Source: Eledone cirrhosa (taxonomy: Eukaryota). From it: a stretch of DNA of 64,000 nt. The first letter of the stretch is position 1. Each line of letters starts with the position of its first letter. The stretch covers positions 18,166,001-18,230,000 of the forward strand of contig OZ024750.1 in the NCBI GenBank assembly GCA_964016885.1, read 5' to 3'. A model generated the notes under the pieces. The model searched no databases, was not told the DNA's origin, and was given only the letters and a program-made list of their open reading frames with translations. Shown here piece after piece: positions 28,746-43,696 of this stretch. Both the position numbers and the translations under genes were made by a program.

Positions 28746-28918
28746 TATCGTATTTCTCGGCGCTGAAGACGCTTCGCCCTCGAGGACGCACCCTAATTTT
28801 GACAACCAAAAAACTTGAAAAAAAATAATAAACAACCTTTGGCTTCCAGGACGCATGGTAGATTTTTGAGACTTATTTTAGGAAGAAAGTAGCGTCTTCA
28901 ACGCCGGGAAATACGGTA
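28746..28918. mobile_element. pogo/Tigger-like MITE with TA TSD
   Basis: TIRs tcgtatttctcggcgctgaagacgct / agcgtcttcaacgccgggaaatacgg; an extra TIR remnant at ~29032-29060. Confidence 0.7.
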
Positions 28919-30479
28919 AATAAAAGTGTCTATAGCAATTCGATAAGGATCGATGAAATAAATACTAGTCGAGAAATTATAAATTGGAACCGACATGATT
29001 CACATGAAGGTGTGTTCTAGCCGCAAAAAGTAGCGTCTTTGATGCTGGGAAATATGGTATACTGAGAAGAGAGATTTAAACAAAAAGTAAAATTTTAGAT
29101 TTAATACATAAAACTACAAGGTAGACAATGGAGCGAAACACTTCAGTGATTCAATAAGATTTGTGAGGCTCTCAAATAAATAAATATATAAATAGATAAA
29201 GTGTGAAATGATGGAAACGGGTATTTTGATTTGTTGATACCATTGAATCACTGAAAAATCAAAAAAACAGGTGTCTTATGGGTGGAAACTAAAGATCACT
29301 TTCAAAGTGTAAAACAAATTGGGTGGAGGAAAGTAGATGTCAAATGTGTGAGAAACTTTCAATGTATCTCAAAGCAACGGGAAATGAAAAGTGTCAAATT
29401 TTGAGAAAACAAAGAGGAAACATCCTCCCTAAAACGCGGGTAAATGTTATCAAATTACTTTGAAGTTATTCTCTTGTGCTATTTTATAGAATACATTTTA
29501 CCTATCTGAAATAAAATAAAAGCACCTTCTGATATATTTGTTCCTTCACGAGTCTTTAACATTTGTTGCAACTCGGCTCTAGAGTGGGCCGGAACCTAAT
29601 GACTCTATTGTCAAATGATAGATGAGAGAAAGAATAAAGTGTGTCTTGTTTTCAATGTAGTTTATTAGTGTTTGACACTGCAACACATCAAAACATTGGC
29701 AACCCCCCATGTATTTTCATTTTGTAATGCTGTGTAATTTCTATGGTGGGCGGAAGGTAGAGAAGTAAATTCTAAACGAGCATTGTCCAGAGCTTTGACA
29801 AAAACATATCCCTTTTTACCTACCATATTAATACCTTCAGGAAAGATTACAGCTTTTTTTCTTTCTTTCGAATAACTTGAAAACTCTGTACCTAACTAAG
29901 AAATATATATTTTTACGTTAAGTTTCCGTTGATATTTCAATCTAATTTCTTCCTAAACTTTGGCATACAACCATTCCTTTTTGTTCTTTCTTCAGTCATT
30001 ACGATAACGGATTATAAAACAATTGAGAACGACTTGGTATCTTCACTGTACAACCCGCAGAAAACTAAAGAGAAAGCGAAGACTATTACTAGTCTTTCAT
30101 TTGTCCAGTATAACAGATTATGGTCAATAGATTACATTCTATATTCCTGTTTCGTTCTGAAATATCATACCAATGCATACGAAGAATTTATTTTTCTACC
30201 ATTCAAATGTATCCCCTAGATTTTGACATTGAAAATTTCAAATTATTCTGGCTCAAAATTTCTCTTATAAATTTCTCCCACTGCCTCTAACTCTTTCTGT
30301 ATTCCTCCAATCACCAGCAGTTGTTTGACTAATCTCATTCTGATGTTATCACCTTTGGTAATTTCATAGCATATTCCTTCTCTTGTTTCTCACACCCCGC
30401 TCACACTATCACTACTAATACAGACTCTGGATTGTTTGCGGCCCTAAACTATTTGAACAAGCTCGTATCATCACTTACC

Positions 30480-31125
30480 CAAATATCGAACACGCCTTCC
30501 AGAGGATCCAATTGATCCAACTGTATCCCTAAGCGGGACTAACTGAACTCATGGAATTTTATCCTACCATCTTGTTCGTGGTCTACCTCTGGGTCTCCTG
30601 CTAGTTGTACTTACCTGTAAAACCTGTCCAACGATTTTTTTCCTTAGAGATTACCCAAGATTTATGACCATGGGTAAGAGTTGGCACGAACACAGACTTC
30701 CCTTCTTCTGATAACCAAATTTTGAAGCTGGCGCATTACTACACCAGCTCCTGCAATTCTTACATTTAATTCAGCCTCTTTTCTTCCACAACTCGTGAAA
30801 ATGGCCCCGGGATACTTGAATTTCTCCACCTGCTTCAGTGTAACTCCACTCACATGTAGAGTGCACTCTACATCCTTCCTTGAGAGGACGAGTGTCTCAG
30901 TCTTCGCAGCACTGGTTTTCATTCCTGTATAGCAGCATTCAGCAGAAAATTTATCCAGTGCATATCAGAGATCACCTTCCGGCTAGTTAAGTAGTTCCAT
31001 ATCGTCTGCAAATTCCAACCAACTGATCCTACATCCGCCGGTCTTGTTACCACTTTCAACCCGGCTGTGCATGTCAATCCTGTTCATGAAGATTATGAAA
31101 AAGAGAGATGACAGTACAAACCCTT
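30480..31125 (-). mobile_element. Decayed RTE-clade LINE reverse transcriptase fragment
   Basis: LSSLFFIIFMNRI...LEFADDMELL (YADD-like catalytic motif), KTETLVL...QVEKFKYPGAIF...RI; 3' GRPRTRW-like motif. Confidence 0.85.
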
Positions 31126-31739
31126 TTCTCCACTAATTTTCTTAATTAAATGATTTTTAATAAAGGCTAAATTTCTTTACAAATACTGACCGTTAAATCC
31201 TAATTAAACCCTTGACATTGTCACATTATTTGTCTCTCTGAGTTGTCCCTCCATTAACTTTCTCTTTCGCATTTCGGGCTCATTTTTACAGATCCTTCTC
31301 TATCATTCTCTCTAATTTCTCCTTCCATTGTAGTTTCACACTATTCTCATTACTTTCTATTTAGCGATAAAATAAAGTACCAGTCAAGTACTAGGGTCGA
31401 TATAATCTATCTGCCCTCCCCCCCCCCCCCCACACACACACAATCCAAAAAACAAACTTCTGTCCTTGTACCTATGTTAGAAACCATTAGATTCTATCTT
31501 AGTTGTCATTTTACTATTTTCTCTTGCACAGCTCTTACATCTCTTCTAAACATAATTATCAGACACACACTTTCTCCTTATCTATCTCTGCCCGTCCTCA
31601 GCTTATTTCAGCCTATTATCGTTCTTCCATTTATTTCTTCACCTCCTCTCTCTTTCCCTCATTCTTGCATGTCTTTACTTCTCATTTCTCATTTTTTTTT
31701 TTTTTTAATTTACTTCTATCTTATCTTCGGTCGTCTTTC

Positions 31740-32015
31740 AATTCCTATCTGAGGTGCTCAACCCCTTGATACTGTGCATTCTTTTGTACTTTTCACCTCA
31801 AACATCTATCAGGACATACTTTACGGTTGACTTCACTTTAAACTTCATTACTTTCGCTAACCACCCTCACATTTAACTTTCCTATACATCCATTCTCATG
31901 GACCTCCTTTCTTTCGGCGTTTCTTCTCGGTGGCAATGTATACCATTTGCCTTCTAGACTAATTGCTACTAAATCTCAACTACCACCCATTCACAAAAGA
32001 ACCCCACACAATCCC
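31740..32015 (-). mobile_element. Possible highly decayed LINE APE-endonuclease remnant
   Basis: Translated pieces VYIA, GKLNVRV (GDFNAR-like) and STVKYVLI (SxIDY-like) occur in the expected order; very weak. Confidence 0.25.
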
Positions 32016-32212
32016 GCCCTATAGCTATATATGTTTTGTTGTTTCTTTCTATTTTACCTCTTTATCTTTCAATAAAGCATATTTTCACGTCTTGAAAATT
32101 GTTAGTGGTGACTAAAAATTGTCTCTCTGTTCCCACGCTTTCCTACATAACCAGATGCTCTACCTAACATCTCTGGCATGTAATATTTCATTGGTCTATC
32201 TCTGCTTGGTAT

Positions 32213-32632
32213 TTGGTGGAATTGGCAAAATCGGTAGAACGTCGGATACCATGCTCTGTGGCATAGAGTTACTTCCCTTTAGGTTCTGAGTTCAAATCTT
32301 ATTGTGGTTAGTTTTACCTTTCATCCTTCCAGGGTGGATAAAATAAAGTACTGGGCTCAATTTAATCGGCTTCCCCTTCCCTTCAAATTGCTGGCCTTGT
32401 GTCTAAATCAGAAACCATTATTTGGCGGAATCCGCAAAGCACCGGACTAAATTCCTTGCGGTATTATCTACATCCCTCCTCGTTCTGAATTCAAACTCCG
32501 CTGGGACTGACTTTACATTTCATTACAGGGTAGATTAATAAGAAATACCAGCCAAGTACTGGGGTTTATATAATCGACTTCCCCTCTTCCCAAATTACCA
32601 ATCTTGTGCCAAAATTAAAAACAATTATTATA
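32213..32632 (+). mobile_element. Two tandem older SINE family 1 copies
   Basis: Heads at ~32215 and ~32423, each with the ctgagttcaaat/ctgaattcaaac B box. Confidence 0.75.
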
Positions 32633-32735
32633 AGGAAGGTGGTAGAGTAGAATCGATAGAGCGTCCGATAAGATTACTTGCAGTGTTTGTTTCGGCTCTT
32701 TACGTGTATTCAAATCCCCCCCCCCCCCCAATAAG

Positions 32736-32930
32736 CAGACCTGTCAACTCCCCCTGTGAAACGGAGTGATCTCTCACCCACTTTGGAGTGGGTGAGAGAT
32801 GTCTCCTCTTGTGAAAATGGGTATAGCTGTCATTATGTAAAATCTCCCTATTTTGCCTCATTTCTCCTCGTTTTGGGGTACTTTTTTTCATGGCACTCCC
32901 CGTTTGGGTTTCTAGAGGTTGGCAGGTCTG
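32736..32930. mobile_element. hAT-like MITE with 13-bp TIRs
   Basis: CAGACCTGTCAAC ... GTTGGCAGGTCTG; at least 6 copies in the window; TSD not evident. Confidence 0.75.
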
Positions 32931-33449
32931 CAACATGCATGACAAAGTGACATAAACTACAAGAAACTGGAGTGCGTGGATAAATAACGTTCGGTCATCT
33001 AGGACAGTTCACTCGATTAAAGGACATGATAGCGAGGAAAACGTTGATAGTGATGAATTGCGTAACGCTCCATCCATCTTTATTTTCATGGTAACCCCCG
33101 TTTGGGTTTGTAGAGGTTGGCAGGACTGTAGTGTATGATAGAGCTAGCCTTTTCAGTTACAGCTAAAACGACTTGATGAGCTTTCAAAAAGTCTCGGTTT
33201 ACCCAATTTCACTCAAAAGGTATGAGTGGGCCCATGGCTCTGGTGAATGACACATGCGCAAGATGTCACAACACATTATTGTGTACTTCGCATTCCACAG
33301 ACACGTGCACCTTCAACATAATTCTTAAAGAAGATTCAGCGTGACAACGCTCACCGTTGGAATTTCTGATACAGTCCCATTCCAAGTTTCGATTCCGTCT
33401 ACCCAATTATATTCACAAGGTCACACGGTGGGATCGAACCCGCGACATA

Positions 33450-33638
33450 ATTGCTTCTACTTTTGGCACAAGGCCAGCAATTACCCAGTGTATTACTGGT
33501 ACTTTATTTATCGACCCTGTAAGGATGAAAGGCAAAGTTAACCTCGGCGGGATTTGAACTCAGAATGGAAAGGGCCGTAAACTCTTTGCGTCAAAGCATG
33601 GCGTCCGACCCTCTACCAATACTGCCAATCCAACGACT
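33450..33638 (-). mobile_element. SINE family 1
   Basis: Consensus match; short TSD gacataat. Confidence 0.88.
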
Positions 33639-34015
33639 GGACATAATGATTGCGAAACAAACTCCTTAACCATGCTGCTGTGTCTAGCCACCTGAATGAC
33701 ATCCATACTGAACCTGTGCGGTAGTTGATCAAATATAAAGAAAAGACTATATATTCTCATAGTGTTGTTTGTCAGGGCGAAGTTTCTATCGTGAAATATT
33801 ATCCCCGGATACCTAGTGTTGGTGTTTTGTTATTTTTGTTGTTTTGGTTGGTGTTTATTTTATTTTTACAGTTTCAATACATCTTCAATGCAATGAGATA
33901 TATATACATACATGTACATATGTATATATATATATATGCATGCATGTATGTATATATATATATATATATATTATACGTATATGCATACATATACACACAC
34001 AGACACACACACACA

Positions 34016-34053
<38 letters not shown>

Positions 34054-34213
34054 GTACATATACGCGGGTGTGTATTATGTGCACGCCTGTATGCTGTAAG
34101 GCACAAATGTGTATGCCTATATATATATATATATATATATAAGAGAGAGAGAGAGAGATTATGTTGTTTTTTGTGTGTGTGTGTGTGTGTGCTTGCGTGT
34201 CTTTATGTGTGTA

Positions 34214-34248
<35 letters not shown>

Positions 34249-34411
34249 ATATTTAGTCAGAAAGAAAGACAGATTCTTTATAAAACTTTTTACCGTTTAG
34301 AATTACATTTTCACACCAACTTCTGAGAGGTTTTGTAAACCTGGAACTTGTTTGTTTTTCTTTTTTCTTTTTGCTTTTTGTGTTTTATTTTTGACTTTTT
34401 TTTTTTTGTAG

Positions 34412-34457
34412 AGGTGTGGTGGGGTGGTGGGTCGGTTCTCGCCACTTGTTAAACAAG
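34412..34457 (+). other. Candidate 46-nt spliced exon of an unidentified host transcript
   Basis: Branch-like ttgac, T-tract and TAG acceptor upstream; AAG|GTAAGT donor downstream. Confidence 0.3.
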
Positions 34458-34670
34458 GTAAGTTACTTTTCTCTTCCTCTTCCCCCCTCTCTCGTTCTCT
34501 CCCTCGCTCTTAACCATTTTCTTTCTATCACCTAACGTATCTTTCTCGTTTTCATTTCATTTTGAATCCTTTCGTTTTCTTTTCACTTTCCCACCCCTTC
34601 TTTCTCTCCCTCTCTTTCCATTTTCGCCTCTTTTTGTTTTCTTACCGTTTCCTTCTCTCTCTCTCTCTCT

Positions 34671-34870
34671 NNNNNNNNNNNNNNNNNNNNNNNNNNNNNN
34701 NNNNNNNNNNNNNNNNNNNNNNNNNNNNNNNNNNNNNNNNNNNNNNNNNNNNNNNNNNNNNNNNNNNNNNNNNNNNNNNNNNNNNNNNNNNNNNNNNNNN
34801 NNNNNNNNNNNNNNNNNNNNNNNNNNNNNNNNNNNNNNNNNNNNNNNNNNNNNNNNNNNNNNNNNNNNNN
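34671..34870. other. Assembly gap (200 N)
   Basis: Run of n. Confidence 1.
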
Positions 34871-35047
34871 TATTCTCCTTTGAACTTTTATAAGCGGAGC
34901 GAACAGCTTCTGTGTTGTTGTTATTTTTTGTATGTTTCTTTTCTTTTTTTTTCTTTTAGTTATTGCAGTATGGCATTTAATTTGTTTTTATTTACTTATC
35001 TATTTTTCTTTTATTGCTTGCTTAATTAGAATGGTGTGTAGTAGAAC

Positions 35048-35124
35048 TATCGGGTCGTCAAGTATGAAATTTGTAGAAAAAAAAAAACCCAATTTCTACA
35101 AATTTCATACTTGACGACCCAATA
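35048..35124. mobile_element. Short palindromic mariner-type (Made1-like) MITE with TA TSD
   Basis: gggtcgtcaagtatgaaatttgtagaaa / tttctacaaatttcatacttgacgaccc perfect arms, TA flanks. Confidence 0.75.
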
Positions 35125-35389
35125 TTCGGCGAACGCTGCAATCATTAGATCTTACGTTCGATCCTCCTACGTAGCATCTTATTACAGTGTCATTTACCAT
35201 ACCCTAGGCCCTAGGGTATGGTAAAGCATTCGTTGACCCTAGGGACTAGAGTCAATGAATGCTTTTTGATTGAAATTTAGTAGACGGAAACCTTTTGGAA
35301 ATCCGTCGGACGAATTGCACATGTAATTTATAAGACCAACCTTGTTACACAATGTGCCATGCCGAATCTCCCTGAGAATTATGTTAAAG

Positions 35390-35455
<66 letters not shown>

Positions 35456-35456
35456 T

Positions 35457-35513
<57 letters not shown>

Positions 35514-36158
35514 GTGTCTTTGGAATACTCTGTCACGTTGATTTCATGAACAGACTGTTCTGTTCATAATATGATAATATTGTAGAAAACACTCGTAGTA
35601 GAAACTGACGGAGGCCCATTCCAGAATTGTTTTATTAAGTAACCAAGTCCCATCTACGACAAACAGTTAAAAGCGACCAATATCTTTGTACGTCTAACTT
35701 CCTCAATGGAACTGGGAATATTGCGCTGTGAAAATTAATGAATGAAAAAGAATGTATGTATATGTTATGTGTGTAAGAACACAACCAAAATATGAGAAAG
35801 AATACTCAATCATTGCTACTTCAATTATACGAATCCGACGGTGTGGGAGAACGCTCACTGGCGTGCAGAACCCCGTGTGCAAGTTACTTCGTGACCCCCG
35901 CGGACAGAATAGAGAAAGTGTTGTACAGGAAAATAGCGAGGGAGACGCGTTAAAATAACGATTCTAATTTGTGGGACTGACTCCTGCGGGTTGCTAACTG
36001 CGCCCCGGCCCCGATAGCAGTGAGTAAGGGGGTGGTATGAGGTCTAAGAACGTCGGAAGTTTAATTTTTTTATCTAATAAATATGACTTAATTTATCCTT
36101 GTTCCTATTTTTTTTATTCATCCTTCGTAAGATATTATTTTAACAGTTACACTTGTTA

Positions 36159-36320
36159 CCAAACCTGTCAACTCTCTCTGTCGGGTAGACCTCCCACCCA
36201 CTTTGAAAATGAGTATAGCTTTCATTATGTAAAATCTCCCCATTTTGCCTCATTTCTCCTCGTCGTGGGGCACCTTTTTTCATAGAACTCCCCGTTTGGG
36301 TTTTAGAGGCTGGCTGGTCA
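36159..36320. mobile_element. hAT-like MITE copy
   Basis: Homologous to 32736-32930. Confidence 0.7.
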
Positions 36321-37284
36321 GTGTTACAGTCAATGCCGAAATAATTCCTTTTGAGGTCTTAAGCGCTTAAACGATTATGGTACACCCTCATATATAAAGT
36401 CTGAATGTTTTTAGGCCGGGTGGGGGATAACAAATACCTTTAATTTAAATAAAATAATGCTCCCCACCTCTACTTTTTATACCCTAAGCATATACTTATT
36501 TTGCTTAATGGCTAATATATCCGGGGTTACAGCCGTAAATTCTGCCATACCAAATTACATATATAACCTTTTGAGGTTTAAGTTTATTGACCAAAGGATG
36601 TGGTGTAATATTGGAGAGATGAGGTAGGAACCCTGACCCTTTTACAGTCTCTTCACCATCTACAACTCTCCCATCTGACTAGAATGATGCCCAATTTTTC
36701 TATGTAAACATCATTTGTTCAATGTAAAATCAATAACTGTGAATAAATTGATTTCATAAAAATAGTAATACACTTATTTGCATTATTGATCTTTCGTGAG
36801 ATAATATAGAAAATTAGACGAACATATTCTATTCTTTAATTTTTTTTTTTTTTTGTAATTAAACATGTTTGTGTTTTGTTTGTTGGTTTTGTGTAGGTTT
36901 TTTTTCACTGTTTGGGTTTGTGAAAGAGAGAGAAAGAGCGAAAGAAAGAAAGAAAGAAGTAATGAAATACAATCATAACCAAACCATAAATATAAAGTTA
37001 TATTTACATCCAAATGACATCTACGTAAACAGTGTATAAATTTATCTGTTTATCTGCCAGTATTAAACTCTTTATCTCCATCAATATATCTATCGCACAT
37101 TGACAACAACTTGGTAATTTATATCTAACTTTCCAGAAACTTCAATTACAAATAGAAAGCAGCGGAAGATTAAATCAAATTTTGTTCTTCTTTTTTTATA
37201 TATTCTTAATGTGTTGATTTTACGGGCAGATGTGACTCTATCTGTAAACATGAATTAATTAATTCTATAAAAAAAGAAAATATT

Positions 37285-37340
37285 ATATATATACATATAT
37301 ATGTGTGTGTGTGTGTGTGTGTGGGTGTGTGTGTGTGTGT

Positions 37341-37379
<39 letters not shown>

Positions 37380-37411
37380 CATGTGTGTGTGTATGTATAT
37401 GGATATATATG

Positions 37412-37460
<49 letters not shown>

Positions 37461-37597
37461 GTATATATATATTTGTATATATATATGTATATGTATATAC
37501 ATGTATATGTATATATATATATTTGTATATATAGATGTATATATATATACATATATATGTATATATATGTATATATATATATATATGTATATATATG

Positions 37598-37633
<36 letters not shown>

Positions 37634-37847
37634 TATATGTACATATATATGTAATATATATATATATATGTACATATATATGTAATATATGTATATATAT
37701 ATATGTATATTTATATGTATATATATATATTTATATCTATATATATATATTTATATGTATATATATATATATGTATGTGTATGTATATATATGTATGTAT
37801 ATTTATATATATATGTATATATATATGTATGTATATGTATGTGTATG

Positions 37848-37880
<33 letters not shown>

Positions 37881-37951
37881 GTATGTGTATGTGTGCATAT
37901 ATGTATGTCTGTATATATATGTGTGTGTGTGTATATATATGTATGTGTATG

Positions 37952-38000
<49 letters not shown>

Positions 38001-38099
38001 ATGTGTGCATATATGTATGTCTGTATATATATGTGTGTGTGTGTATATATATGTGTGTGTGTATATATATATGTGTGTATATATATGTGTGTATATATG

Positions 38100-38157
<58 letters not shown>
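37285..38157. repeat. Compound (TG)n/(TA)n/(TATG)n microsatellite
   Basis: Direct inspection. Confidence 0.95.
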
Positions 38158-38159
<2 letters not shown>

Positions 38160-38366
38160 CAAATTACAAAGTGGAGTTAAAGATCCACAACCATTCCCCA
38201 TGATTTAATGAGCCCAGGGAACAGATTTCGGGCTCTTTATAAATCAGCATATAGAGAGAAGTATACATAGAGATGTGTCTTTAATCATAAAGGATTTAAA
38301 ACCCCTATGATTGAACACATATCTCTATATGTACTTCTCGCTATATGCTGATATATATATATATTC

Positions 38367-38527
38367 ATGGACACACTAGAAGAGGAAGACCAAGGTTAAC
38401 GTATGTTGATGCCCTAAGGACAGACACTGGTCTGTTGGAGACGCAGGACATGGCAGCGATAATAAGGGACAGAGACCGCTGGAGAGAACTCGTCCATGGA
38501 TCTCGGGAATTTTACCCGCCTTAAATA
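38367..38527 (+). mobile_element. 3' end of the same RTE LINE as 26704-27270
   Basis: tatgttgatgccctaaggacaga...ggatctcgggaattttacc near-identical to 27142-27262. Confidence 0.85.
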
Positions 38528-38528
38528 G

Positions 38529-38598
<70 letters not shown>

Positions 38599-38735
38599 GA
38601 AAGAGTCGGGGCTTGACGGCTGAGCTCTTGCTGTTTCAACAGCTAGTTCTAATACAGTTACTCTCTACCAACCCAAGTCTCGAGTACTCTGCTGAATAAT
38701 GGTCTTACTTGTTTAAACTGGTAAAATCCTCAACC

Positions 38736-38792
<57 letters not shown>

Positions 38793-39141
38793 CAGAGAGA
38801 GGGGAGGGGGTATAAAACAGGTTCATAAAGGTAGAATGCTTCATGATATTAAAAAAAATATTACTCATTTAAGGTAAATCATCTTAAGTACAATCGCTAC
38901 CCCATTCTCAGCCAGCGCCGTACCTGATCTACTGATGCCTTTCTAAGTACCTGTCTAAATTACCATTAACACAAGACTGTAGACGGAACATGATGTTATT
39001 CTAGCTTGCTATACCCCCCCCCCCCCTCCCTCCCTCTCTCTCTCTCTTTCTGTCTCTAAGAGCAAATCTCCGGTACTCAATAATTCCTAAACATCTACCT
39101 ATCTATCTATCTATGTTTGTCTATCAATGTATCTATCTATT

Positions 39142-39205
<64 letters not shown>

Positions 39206-39247
39206 CATATATGTTTGAGCCATATTATATAAATATATATATATAAG

Positions 39248-39441
39248 GGTGGTGGATTGGCAGTATCGGTAGAGGGTCGGACGCTATGCTTTGACGCATA
39301 GAGTTACGGCCCTCGCCATTCTGAGTTCAAATCCCGCCGAGGTTTACTTTGCCTTTCATCCTTACGGGGTCGATAAAATAAATAAAGTACCAGTAATGCA
39401 CTGGGTAATTTCTGGCCTTTTGCCTAAAGTAGAAACAATTA
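39248..39441 (+). mobile_element. SINE family 1
   Basis: Consensus match; TSD-like attatataaatatatatata on both sides. Confidence 0.9.
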
Positions 39442-39683
39442 TATAAATATATATATATGTGTGTGCGTGTGTATGTGTATATATATATATATGTAACTCT
39501 CTCTCTCTCTCTCTCTCTCTCTCAACGGCTCGTTTGCAATACACCTTCTCGAACTATTCACGTCAAAATCATATCTGAAAATAGCTTGATATGAATGACT
39601 TAAGGGTAATTTTTCTCCTCGTTTTACTCGACTCATTCATACACACTATATTTATATATGTATGTTTTTGTGTGTGATGGAGC

Positions 39684-39729
<46 letters not shown>

Positions 39730-40210
39730 GGCTCAAAGCGACAAATAAACAACACATGTTTACTTTAAAAACTCTTCCACTAAGAATGCCACCTCTCAGT
39801 TGAACCAAACTACACGTATTGCGTTTCAACATTCTTTCAATATCATTGCATATTGTCTTGTTTATTTTGGTTTTCTTGGGTGTTGCTGTTGTTACTGTTG
39901 TTGTTTTGTATCAGAATTTTTAGTGTGTTTGTTTTGTGTGTATGTGTGTTTTTTGGCTATTTTTTCTTGTTAAATACCATATATTCTATATTCTCTTCAC
40001 TTCAATTGCATTTCATAAATGTTCTATCTTTTGCATCGTCGACAAACACAGAAAAAAACACACGAATGAATATGAATGTTAACATATTAATATAATTGTG
40101 TGAACGTATTCATGTGTATATTTATGCATTTATCTTTTATTTCACCACCGAATTGTATATATGCATACGCAGCATATATAAATGTAGACGCATGAATACA
40201 TGTATATATG

Positions 40211-40270
<60 letters not shown>

Positions 40271-40324
40271 TGCTTGTGTGAAATGGGTATGTATGTTAGA
40301 CGCATGAATACACAAATATATATA

Positions 40325-40383
<59 letters not shown>

Positions 40384-40779
40384 GGTGTTTTGCCTTTAGG
40401 AAAGCATAAGCTTTTCTTTTCAAACCAGCGAAACCCTCAGGAATTATTCATTTCCCCTGTTGTTTGCGGCGGTGAAGCTTATCTTCTTTCGCAGATCCAT
40501 TTTACTACGAATGAAGGATTCGTATTACATTTCTTCTCGCCCTCTACATAAGTAGAGAGAAAAATGAACGTCCGAGAAACCGTGTTAAAGTGTTGTGTAA
40601 TGCTGCTTCTTACTCCGCCTACTGAAACTAGTTTTTAATCTATCCTCTGTGGCTCAATATTTTGCAATGGATTTAGAAAAGTTTTTTTTATTCAGAAATA
40701 CATCAAATTAGATGTATTTCACCTCATCTTTAGATTTGAAGATAGTTATAAACATCCATTTTCTGTATTTTTTTGTATG

Positions 40780-40958
40780 ATCCCGTAACTCTTGATAGAG
40801 TCGTAGGAGCGCCGTATTGAAATACGGCGTTTCTCGGGCATTTTAAGCCTGGCGGATTCCATCCCTTTCCAGGCCTGAGTAGAGCAGATTTCTTCCAGAA
40901 AAAGATAGCGAGAGCGAAAGAGAGGAAATGAAAAACAGATATAAAGGAAAACATCCTT
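40780..40958 (+). mobile_element. Dispersed repeat family G
   Basis: Clearly homologous to 48177-48355; internal hairpin cgccgtattgaaatacggcg. Confidence 0.75.
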
Positions 40959-40989
40959 TATTCATCTCAATAAGAAAACGATCTAAGAG

Positions 40990-41210
40990 TAGTGGTTTGG
41001 CAGAGTTGGTAGAGCGTCGGATAAAATGCCATAATGGCATATTTTCTGGCTCATCAAATTCTGAGTTCAAATCCTGCTGAAGTTAGCTTTGTCTTTCATC
41101 CTTCCTGGGTTGGTAAAATAAAGTACCAGCCAAGTACTGGAGTTGATTTAATCAACTTTGACCTTTCCTAAAATGTGCTGGCCTTCTTTCTAGATTAGAA
41201 ATCAATAATA
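40990..41210 (+). mobile_element. Older SINE family 1 copy
   Basis: Consensus match. Confidence 0.8.
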
Positions 41211-42157
41211 AACAATCTAATTTAACTTACTATATATTATCTGTACTCTAGAATCATGACTACAAAAATAATATGCCATATTATAGGAAAAGTTGTTTAA
41301 TTTCATTTTGGCTCAGTACAAAGTTCTGCATCGTTATTTACGAGAATAGTTATCCCAATATAAACTTCCTTTTCACATATCTTATGTTTCTCTCAACCCC
41401 CAACGGTATATCATCAACAATATGGAACTAGTTACGATATATATATGGCACCAGAATAGCAGAAGACTACCTAGAGTATCAAATGAAATTATAGTCAAGC
41501 GTACAAGACAGTCAATATATCCAACTGTTTCTTGAAATCCTAAGCTGCTCGTTTAACCCGTCTGATTATCAATTTAGTCCAATGCTCTTAGATATTTTTG
41601 AAGACATGCCAGTAACATCTCATATTGAAAGAAAATAATGCCTAAGACACTGCAGGTTACCATTGTAACTCAGATCATAATTATGACCGTTGATTGCCTT
41701 AATTTGAACGTGAAGCTCATCACGAACTCATGCAATATACAATCCGTAAGCCTGCAATCAACCCCAGTCGCCAGATACATATCACACAAAATATAAAGTA
41801 AAAACCATAGACGTCTTTGAAAAACATACCCCAACCGTTCCAGCATAACAACAACTAGCCTGCATCAATTACAGGTAAGGAGGTGACGGGTGTAATCAGG
41901 CTACATGCGTTGCCTTGCATGATTCCGATATTACTCTATTACTTTGACTAGCTTAAGTTGAGGTAAAGGTTTCAGCAATTTAATAGACCTGAGTTGTTGA
42001 TAGAGAACACCTGAAAACCAAAAACTTCGGTGGGTTTGAAATAAGGAAGTAGAAATCTGCAATTAAATTATCTAATTTAGTTAGTATAGCTATTTGTACC
42101 ACTTCACCGATTGGTATCTTATATAATGTAATAAACTATCTATTTCGGACCCACCCC

Positions 42158-43128
<971 letters not shown>

Positions 43129-43434
43129 TGCTTGTTCTTACATTGATTGCTATCAGAACGACTCTCTTTGTAAACGTTTAGCCAGTCATCAACTGCTGTA
43201 TGTCACCACACCTAAAGTGATCTCTATCTCTGTATAGAGAGTATTTTGATGAAAGCGCAACATTTACCCTTTGTATTGACAAATCTTTTGATAAGATTTA
43301 TGACAGATGTCTCCTCTTCTTAAAGTTACCCAAGTGCACAACTAACCTACGCCTCAAAAAGTAACAATGTAGCTTCTTCGTTAACTATTTCGTAACAATA
43401 TTCAACACGGGAGAGCGTATTTTAAATTCCTTTT

Positions 43435-43643
43435 TTAACCCTTTAGCATTCACATTACTCTATATATACTATTATATTTTCATGGTAATTATCTCACATA
43501 ATATCGAATCTATGAGATTTTGAAAGTATTTATTTTGAGAACAATACCTTAACATCAGTTTGAGTGACCAGTTACAGCCAGTTTCAACACAAAAGGTAGA
43601 GAATTCTGGCCTGTTTTGGCAGGTTTGAACATTAAAGGGTTAA
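43435..43643. mobile_element. piggyBac-type MITE
   Basis: TTAA|CCCTTTAGCATTC ... AACATTAAAGGG|TTAA. Confidence 0.8.
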
Positions 43644-43696
43644 AATAAATAGATAAGACAGGCAGAAAGAAAATGGTCTGACAAATATATAGACAG

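Noticed and set aside
30290-30335. 2A-like/LINE ORF1 start LLVIGGI
   Set aside because: Lacks the ExNPG residues; no open frame.
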